Shown here one piece after another: positions 56,941-64,000 of a stretch of DNA of 64,000 nt (positions are counted from its first letter, which is position 1; each line of letters opens with the position of its first letter). The DNA is from a virus (Duplodnaviria; Caudoviricetes), in IMG/VR virus record IMGVR_UViG_3300000478_000013, positions 29,514-93,513 of that record. One strand, given 5' to 3'. The notes under the pieces were generated by a model. That model was not told the DNA's origin. It ran no database searches and saw only the letters and a list, made by a program, of their open reading frames with translations. Position numbers and translations under genes: made by a program.

Positions 56941-58931
56941 TGCCTGTTCTTTCTATACGAAATCTTACTAAGCAAAAGCTTGCCACCAGGGGATCCTTTG
57001 GGGACATCGGACCTGATCAGCTAAAGGCTAAGAATCTCACAGTAGCTCAGATCGAGCAGCTTCGTCCCTTCCTTATACGAATGGAACAGGCAGGAGTTAT
57101 CGCGTGGGATGTGGGTCAGTACGACCTAACGGACGCAGATGCTGAGTTCGTGACTGCGCAGGACGCAGGTGTTAGTGGTGGAGGCGCTCTTGAGATACTC
57201 GACGAAGGACTATCTCTTGGTAACTTCTCCATACTAAACTTCGTTGGTGCGGACATTCAAGCCGCTGGAGATTTGGCCCCAGGTCAGGTAAACATATTCG
57301 TTCCGCCCCCATCCTTCAGGTCTCACTGGAATACGTCAGACGGTTCTAACGGAAACCAGAGTGTTTCAGAATCCATATCCAGGACCACAGCTCGCATATC
57401 CACTCCATCCGGAGGTGAGGGTACCCCCTTTAGAACGGGTGGGTGGGCAGGAACAAACCAACCTGCCACTCTAAATACGAATGCTACCTTCACCACCCCA
57501 GGAACCACCACAGGATGGGGAGGAGACTCCACTCTTACCGTTCAGGTTTTTGACGCTGATGGTACAACTGTGTTGGACAGTTACACCACCCCACCCATTG
57601 TTGGAAACGTGGCCCTACCATCTCCTAGCGGAAACATCACCGTAAACATCACTAGTTATGGACCTGACGGCACCAGGTTTCAGGCAAGGGCTTCCGTTAC
57701 CGTGGTTGCCGCTAACATTCTGACGTTGGCCGGTTACAGCGGTGGAAGGTATAGTGTGAGAATCACTCACACCACTGATTCAGGTACCGACGGAACAGGT
57801 CCCTTCATTTACAACCAGCCTTCTGTCTTTATAGATACCAACCCCACGTCTCCTTCCATAAACGGAATCATGACTCTTACGGAGACTGTTGGATTTGTCA
57901 CTACGAAGCACATCTCTGGTATTGAGTACTACACCCTGGGGTCCAGGTTCACAGTGGGTATTACTGACATAGATGGTTTAAATGGGAACACACAGAGGAT
58001 ACCATCCAACGTTCAGCTTATAGGCACTGAATTTGGTCTTCCAACTTTGGACCACGCTCCTTACCCCGCTGCATCCGGAGCAGCCAACTTCTCAGGGTGG
58101 ACCAACGACGACGACCAGGATGACGTGGACTACACAAACACTGCCTGGGCTATCACTGCTACTAATTTTCGCTACATAGGACCTTCTGCTAACTCCAGCT
58201 CTTTCCCAAGGGAGCCGTGGGGCGACGGCGTAACAGTAAACAGTGCAGACCAGTCTATCCTGGTGGACACGTTTTCAGACACTGCTACTAACTTGTTTGA
58301 GCCTTTTAACGGTGAAGCAAGAAGAGAGGACCCTGCCTCTTTTCCTGGTCCTGGTACGTGGAACTCCACCGCTACCCTAATTGCTGGGCAGGCTTTGGTC
58401 TTCGGTGGGAGTCTGTTGGCTCCTGGGTCCTCCACGTACATCAGATCGGATGGACCTAACTCCCCTAACGCAAACTGGCTAGGTTTCTTACCTAACCTTG
58501 GTGGGCCTAATCCAAACTACACAGGTTTGACGGTTCCCGTTTCTTACGGGAGGAGGTTCACACAAGCCAGCGCAGCCAACATACCCAGTTTCAGTATGGT
58601 TTTCACTGGAACTTTTGCTGCAGGTTCTGCCATCGCAGACCTCACCGGAGGCAATCTAGAGATAGAGGTTTACCGAATCGCAGGTCTGGGCACGATTGGA
58701 CCTCCTCCTGGAAACACTAGACCCCTAAGAGTACACCTTCCCTTCAATTTTGCTCTCTACAACGATGGACTCACCGTTCCAGGGTCAGGTATCAGGGAGG
58801 GTTCGTCTGCGGGTAACACTATAAATTGTACCTTTGGTACAGGAACCCCTGCTCAACAGGGGTTCTACATGGTTCTTAGAATCCTCAATGCTGGCACTAG
58901 TATAGACAGCATTTCTGTAACACTATTCTGA
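56940..58931 (+). CDS. Virion structural/fibre-like protein
   Basis: Gly/Thr/Ser/Asn-rich; C-terminal about 570 aa paralogous to 58939-62025. Confidence 0.7.
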   Translation: MPVLSIRNLTKQKLATRGSFGDIGPDQLKAKNLTVAQIEQLRPFLIRMEQAGVIAWDVGQYDLTDADAEFVTAQDAGVSGGGALEILDEGLSLGNFSILNFVGADIQAAGDLAPGQVNIFVPPPSFRSHWNTSDGSNGNQSVSESISRTTARISTPSGGEGTPFRTGGWAGTNQPATLNTNATFTTPGTTTGWGGDSTLTVQVFDADGTTVLDSYTTPPIVGNVALPSPSGNITVNITSYGPDGTRFQARASVTVVAANILTLAGYSGGRYSVRITHTTDSGTDGTGPFIYNQPSVFIDTNPTSPSINGIMTLTETVGFVTTKHISGIEYYTLGSRFTVGITDIDGLNGNTQRIPSNVQLIGTEFGLPTLDHAPYPAASGAANFSGWTNDDDQDDVDYTNTAWAITATNFRYIGPSANSSSFPREPWGDGVTVNSADQSILVDTFSDTATNLFEPFNGEARREDPASFPGPGTWNSTATLIAGQALVFGGSLLAPGSSTYIRSDGPNSPNANWLGFLPNLGGPNPNYTGLTVPVSYGRRFTQASAANIPSFSMVFTGTFAAGSAIADLTGGNLEIEVYRIAGLGTIGPPPGNTRPLRVHLPFNFALYNDGLTVPGSGIREGSSAGNTINCTFGTGTPAQQGFYMVLRILNAGTSIDSISVTLF

Positions 58932-58938
58932 GGTAGTA

Positions 58939-61900
58939 ATGGCGTTTACCGATCTAGAACGTCTCAAGATTTCGTTCAAAGCACTAGCAGGAAGCGTAAA
59001 GGACGCTGACCCTGCTGCTGCATGGTATGAGTCCGTTCTTCCTAACTCTTTTGTATTGGCGGAGGACAAGGTATGGACTCAAGCCGACATTGTACGAGCC
59101 AACGCTCCACTCAACTTTGTAGACCTCCAGAACAAGATAGCTGTAGGTCCTCTTTTGGGCGTGGTTGAGGATAGAGGCACTCCAGTAGACGCCATACGAC
59201 TTTCTCCAGTTCCTGGTGTAGGTAACACGTTTGCTGCCTGGTCCATATACGCAGACTACACCTCTCCTCGACTTGAAAACTGGGTCCCTCCTACGTTTGT
59301 TCCTAAGTCTACTGGTTTACCTTCCGTGGAATACGCTGTTCGTCTCTACAACGGAGACCCCAACTTTGGCGGCGTAGAGGTGTTCACCACGGACGGTACA
59401 GTCGGAACAGGCTCAGCCAAGTCCGTTGGTTGGATATTCGACTACGCTAACGGAATACTTCTTCTAGCAAGTGACTTTGCTGCCTCTGTTCCTGACCCGT
59501 GGATCACAGGGTTTCGTTACATAGGCCTTACAGCAGGAGCAGGTGTTACTGCCGCTTCTAGTAACGTTTTTGTGTTTCGTCCTGGCGGTGTGGCGGACGA
59601 CCCAGTTTTCACTGATTGGAATTTGCTTTGGGCACGTAGAAGTCTCTTGGATGGGCCCGCTGTCATTCAAATTGATGACAGCATACTTCCTGCCACGATT
59701 CCTACTGGTGTGTATGACCTGTCTAACACATTAGTTCGGGGAGTTCCGGGTTCTATTACTCCTACTCTCCTGACTGTAGGGGCAGGTGCCGATATTACTG
59801 GGATTTCCACTGTAGGTGACAACCTTAGCCTTCTATTTTCTACTGGTGCTTCTACTATTACACCTGCTGCCGGGTCTCTATTTTCTCTTGGAAAGAATTC
59901 GTCCATAGAGGCACAAGGTCCCGCCACACCTATGTTTTCTGTGTCTTCTGGTGATTTCACTATGTTGCTGGAAGACGGGGCTTCTCTGACTGGTATAAAC
60001 CCCGTTGTTTCCGTCGCAGCAGGTGCGTTTCAGCTATCTGTCATACTTGATGACGGATCTTCTGTTGCTGCTGACACCATATCAGGGGCTGTGGGTTCTA
60101 ACGGAACCAGCCTTATAAGAAGCGCCTCAAGCGATATTTCTGTTCCTATACCTCCTGCCTTTGACGGAACTTGGACCAACACCTACCTTACGAGCGCGTT
60201 CAACGTAGGTTATAACCCAACAAATCCTCTAGATTGGGCTATAGTACCTGCTACTGTCGGTGAGGCACTTGATCAGCTTGTACTCGGGTCTTCTTCTATC
60301 GCTATTTACGATGAAGGAGTTCTAGTCGGGTCCTTTGGTCAGATTAACTTCATAGGTGCTGATGTACTGGCTTTGGATAACTCTCCACAGATCAATGTTT
60401 TCATACCTCCTCCTCCATTTCTCTCTCATTGGAACACAGATGACGGGGCAAATGGTGCGGATGGGTTCGCCTCAGAAAGCATAGCAAGGGCCACTGCCCA
60501 TATCTCAACTCCCGCAGGAGGTGAAGGTTCCCCCTTTAGCACCGGAGGATGGGCTGGTACTGACCAATCTGCCTCCTTGAATACGTCTGTAGTCATCACT
60601 TCGGTAGGAGATACTACTGGTTTTGGGGGTGACTCTACAGTTACGGTGACTGTTTACGATGCTGACGGTGTAACTCCCTTACCTGTAGGTGGAACAGTGA
60701 CCACAGCCCCTATTACTGCTGATGGTCCCTACGGGGCGGGAAGCATAGCCATAGCCATCACTAACTTTGCTCCGGACAACACGAGGTTCAGTGCTCGCCT
60801 TACGGTCACGGTGGATGTGGGAGCCATACTCACAGCCAATGGTCGAGCGGGTGGTAGGTACCATATCGAAGTAGTCCATACCCCAGACTCTGTCACGGAC
60901 GGTTCTGGTCCGTACTCTTTTGTACAGCCTGACGTATTCCTTGATACCAACCCCACTACGCCACTAATTGGAGGAGGTCCTCCTACAATTGTAGAGAACG
61001 TGGTTGTTTCCAAGCACCTTTCTGGTCTTGAGTACTACACCCTCACCAGCGTGTTTACTGTAGACGTCAACACCATAAACCAGCTTAATAGAAACACGTC
61101 AAGAATAAACTCAAATCTAGTTGTTGTGGGGGCGGAGTATGGGTTGCCTGCTCTAAACCACTCTCCTTTTGGTGCTGGCTTCGGAAACTTTTCTGGATGG
61201 ACCAACAACCATAACCAGGACAACGTCGACTACACAAATACTGGATGGAGCATAAACGCAGTAAACTACAGGTACCTTGGCCCATCCGGAAACATCAGTG
61301 CTACTCCACAGGACACATGGGGTGCAGGTCTTACTCTAGACTCTGCTACTTCTTCCATTCTAGTTGACACTTACGGTGTAACTTCCACTAACTTGTTTGA
61401 AGACTTTGATGATGAGAGTCGTAGACAAGATGCCACATTTAATGGTGGTACTTCTCCTGGTAACTGGGTAAGCACTGCTTCCCTCGTTATAGGGGAGGCT
61501 CAGGTATGGAACAGTAGGCTTGTGGTTCCTAATACTACCACGTTTGTTAGGTCGGATGGACCCAATTCCCCTAACGCCAACTGGACAGGGTATGTCCCAG
61601 ACAGTGGAGGACCCAACCCAGATTACTCAGCTCTTGGTGCCCCTGTAGACTACTACAGGACTTTTGTAGACGCTACCGCTCTCAGCCGGTCCAGTTTTCA
61701 AATTGTCTTTACCGGAAGCTTTGTGGCTTCGGCCACCGTAGACCTTGCTAATGAAGACTTCAGGATATTTATTAGGCGTAGAGCTTCTTCCGGTGGTGGT
61801 GATTTTGGTACCGCCGCCAATCCTCTTCTGCTTCATGGTCCCACCTACAACTTCGCTTCTTTTGATGACGGCGTGACCGACGGTTATATCCGAGAGTCTT

Positions 61901-62025
61901 CCTCTTCTGGTAACACTGTGAACGGAACTTTCGGTGGTTTCTCCTGTGAGACAGGATTCTTCTTTCACCTTGAGATAGTAAACCCTCTGGTTCAGATAGA
62001 CAGTATATCTGTAACATTCTTTTGA
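58939..62025 (+). CDS. Mosaic virion structural/fibre-like protein
   Basis: N-terminus shared with 62348 protein, C-terminus shared with 56940 protein. Confidence 0.7.
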   Translation: MAFTDLERLKISFKALAGSVKDADPAAAWYESVLPNSFVLAEDKVWTQADIVRANAPLNFVDLQNKIAVGPLLGVVEDRGTPVDAIRLSPVPGVGNTFAAWSIYADYTSPRLENWVPPTFVPKSTGLPSVEYAVRLYNGDPNFGGVEVFTTDGTVGTGSAKSVGWIFDYANGILLLASDFAASVPDPWITGFRYIGLTAGAGVTAASSNVFVFRPGGVADDPVFTDWNLLWARRSLLDGPAVIQIDDSILPATIPTGVYDLSNTLVRGVPGSITPTLLTVGAGADITGISTVGDNLSLLFSTGASTITPAAGSLFSLGKNSSIEAQGPATPMFSVSSGDFTMLLEDGASLTGINPVVSVAAGAFQLSVILDDGSSVAADTISGAVGSNGTSLIRSASSDISVPIPPAFDGTWTNTYLTSAFNVGYNPTNPLDWAIVPATVGEALDQLVLGSSSIAIYDEGVLVGSFGQINFIGADVLALDNSPQINVFIPPPPFLSHWNTDDGANGADGFASESIARATAHISTPAGGEGSPFSTGGWAGTDQSASLNTSVVITSVGDTTGFGGDSTVTVTVYDADGVTPLPVGGTVTTAPITADGPYGAGSIAIAITNFAPDNTRFSARLTVTVDVGAILTANGRAGGRYHIEVVHTPDSVTDGSGPYSFVQPDVFLDTNPTTPLIGGGPPTIVENVVVSKHLSGLEYYTLTSVFTVDVNTINQLNRNTSRINSNLVVVGAEYGLPALNHSPFGAGFGNFSGWTNNHNQDNVDYTNTGWSINAVNYRYLGPSGNISATPQDTWGAGLTLDSATSSILVDTYGVTSTNLFEDFDDESRRQDATFNGGTSPGNWVSTASLVIGEAQVWNSRLVVPNTTTFVRSDGPNSPNANWTGYVPDSGGPNPDYSALGAPVDYYRTFVDATALSRSSFQIVFTGSFVASATVDLANEDFRIFIRRRASSGGGDFGTAANPLLLHGPTYNFASFDDGVTDGYIRESSSSGNTVNGTFGGFSCETGFFFHLEIVNPLVQIDSISVTFF

Positions 62026-62034
62026 GAGAATAAC

Positions 62035-62346
62035 ATGAGTCACTTCTTCAGTCCGCTTCAGGTATCTAAGTCTAGCGAGTCAGGTTTTGTTCGCTTGTCC
62101 ATTCGAACCAGTGATGATCGCGTGGATGAGCATACCATTCCAGAAGCCTCTCTTTGGGAGATGGTAGATAAGCAGGAGGATTCTCCTTCTGAGTGGGAAG
62201 GCACAGAAGCCCTAAAAGTTAAGTTTTCTCACCCACTTGTTAGCCTGTCTCTAAGAGTAAGTGACACCCATCGTGTTATTTATAGGTTCGACTACAGGCA
62301 CTTTTCCGTTTTTGTGTCTCACTGTAAGGCGCTGAAGAAGATCTGA
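62035..62346 (+). CDS. Small hypothetical protein
   Basis: Exactly fills the gap between two structural genes. Confidence 0.55.
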   Translation: MSHFFSPLQVSKSSESGFVRLSIRTSDDRVDEHTIPEASLWEMVDKQEDSPSEWEGTEALKVKFSHPLVSLSLRVSDTHRVIYRFDYRHFSVFVSHCKALKKI

Positions 62347-62347
62347 T

Positions 62348-64000
62348 ATGGGTCAGACCAACCAGGAGAGAATCAACCTAGCTACGAAGACACTGGCAGC
62401 AGGCGTTATCGACGCCAATTCTGTTGGTGTATGGTACGAGTCTAGGTTCCCCTTCCAATTCATCCTGGAAGCCGATGCTGTTTGGACTGACATAGGAACT
62501 CTTAGGACTCTACCCGCTGCTAACCTTGCTGCTGCACAGGCAAATGCTGCGTTATTCCCCGCTCTTATCGAAGACAGAAGTGCTTTTGCTGCTGCGATAA
62601 GACTTACTCCTGTTCCGGGAACCAACTCCAGCACTTTTGTTTCTTACGAGACCTACAACGACCCTTCTACTTGGCTTAGAAACTGGCTTCTTCCTCAGTT
62701 GGTTCCACAAGCTAGCGGTGCACCTTCTAACGGTTACTCCATTCGTCTCTACAACGGGGACCCTGATCTTGGTGGGACTATAGTATCAACTACTGATGGT
62801 ACAACAGGTACCGGCACTGCTAAATCAGTAGGATGGATATTCAACTACGCTTCTGGTCTTCTACTCCTTTCTGACGACTTCTACGCCCTAACAAGCTTAA
62901 CACCCGCTACGTTCGACCCTTACATCGTAGGGTTTCGCTACGTTGGTAACAGCGTAGCTGCCTCCACTAACTTCATAAACCTATCCGATACGCCCCTGAC
63001 CTACGTAGGACAGGCTCGACGTCTTGTTTCTGTGAATGCACTTGAGTCTGCGGTTGAATTTGTAGACGGACTCTACCGCTTGGCTGATCTAGCCGCAGCC
63101 AATGCAGAGACTGGCTCTCTAGGAAACTTGATTTACGTAGAGAGTCTTCAGACATTCTATGAATACGTAGACAACGGTGCCTTGATTGTAGACAGCACCA
63201 CCATACTTGATACAGGCGATGGTGGAACTACTCGTTGGCTTGGTGTGGCCGGTCAGTATAGTGTATTTTCTACACCTTCAGACAGAATCTTAGACGCAGA
63301 CTCTGATACATCCATTACGGTAGAGCTAGCTGCGGACGAGGATGTTATTCGATTTAACCTGGGAGATACTCCCGGTTTTGGGCCTTTTACCGACGTAATT
63401 ACTTTAGATTCTGCGAATGGTTTTAGGTGGAACCAGAACGCTGATGACCTTGATTTTTCTATCGCCACTACAGGTGTTCCTTCTGCTGTTTACGTAGATT
63501 CTGCAAATGACGTAATAGGATTTGGTGCTGTTCCTGTAGCAGGATCTTTTATTCAGGTCACCTCCCCTACAGCAGGTGCTATTTCTATAAATCCCTTTGG
63601 AGCCGCAGCAGGAAATACTGGTGAGATTCGTTTTCTTGAGCTTACGGCTAACGGCACTGACTACGTAGGGGTTAAGGCTCCTGACCTAATTGCTGCCCCT
63701 GTCATATGGACTCTACCTTCTGCTGACACATCCGGTGCCTTGGTTAGTAATGGACTAGGGACACTTTCATTCCAGGCCCTTTCTTCCATCGCAGATGCGG
63801 ACGGGGACACCTCTGTCGTTCTTGAACTGGCTGCAGACGACGATGTCATTAGATTTAACCTTGGTGATACTCCTGGATTCGGACCATTCACTAACGTTCT
63901 AACGATAGACTCTGCATCCGGATTTCTTTTCAACCAAAACCAGGATGACCTTGACTTGGTGGTTTCCACTACGGGTCTTGCTTCCGCTATTTCTGTAGAT
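62348..64000 (+). CDS. Tail/collar fibre-like protein, 3'-truncated (not in ORF track)
   Basis: MGQTNQERINLATKTLAAG... open to window end; internal repeat DAD-x-DTS...ELAAD-x-DVIRFNLGDTPGFGPFT. Confidence 0.8.
   Translation, partial: MGQTNQERINLATKTLAAGVIDANSVGVWYESRFPFQFILEADAVWTDIGTLRTLPAANLAAAQANAALFPALIEDRSAFAAAIRLTPVPGTNSSTFVSYETYNDPSTWLRNWLLPQLVPQASGAPSNGYSIRLYNGDPDLGGTIVSTTDGTTGTGTAKSVGWIFNYASGLLLLSDDFYALTSLTPATFDPYIVGFRYVGNSVAASTNFINLSDTPLTYVGQARRLVSVNALESAVEFVDGLYRLADLAAANAETGSLGNLIYVESLQTFYEYVDNGALIVDSTTILDTGDGGTTRWLGVAGQYSVFSTPSDRILDADSDTSITVELAADEDVIRFNLGDTPGFGPFTDVITLDSANGFRWNQNADDLDFSIATTGVPSAVYVDSANDVIGFGAVPVAGSFIQVTSPTAGAISINPFGAAAGNTGEIRFLELTANGTDYVGVKAPDLIAAPVIWTLPSADTSGALVSNGLGTLSFQALSSIADADGDTSVVLELAADDDVIRFNLGDTPGFGPFTNVLTIDSASGFLFNQNQDDLDLVVSTTGLASAISVD

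Noticed and set aside
1-64000. Stop-codon reassignment suggested by a phage release factor
   Set aside because: Genes are long and tightly packed under the standard code; TAA, TAG and TGA all end well-defined genes; no suppressor tRNA seen

Overview
This window is a gene-dense segment of a large (jumbo-type) tailed dsDNA phage genome using the standard genetic code. (1) 1-9.3 kb (+) carries replication and host-takeover genes: DnaB helicase, IF-1, dual-specificity phosphatase, beta-clamp, 3'-5' exonuclease, tRNA-Gln x2, tRNA-Ser, a MazG-like/minimal class II aaRS-like pair and a metallophosphoesterase. (2) 9.3-49.9 kb (mostly -) is a head-morphogenesis block: terminase, portal, prohead protease, scaffold, decoration protein, major capsid protein and many probable internal head proteins, including ChaB-like and 2H-phosphoesterase proteins and a 2593-aa protein. 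Three paralogous endonuclease genes interrupt this block. (3) 49.9-55.7 kb holds a structured non-coding region, Hsp20, a release factor, RuvC and a probable neck gene. (4) 55.8-64 kb (+) encodes neck and mosaic fibre-like virion proteins. The two strongest observations are: an RF1-type (PxT, GGQ) release factor lacking domain 1, interrupted by a prfB-style +1 frameshift cassette (GGAGG-GGT-CTT-TGA) and only half-called by the ORF track; and a giant protein that appears to embed sigma70-like regions interleaved with beta domains also found in the capsid decoration protein. All family assignments come from motif recognition by eye; no searches were run.
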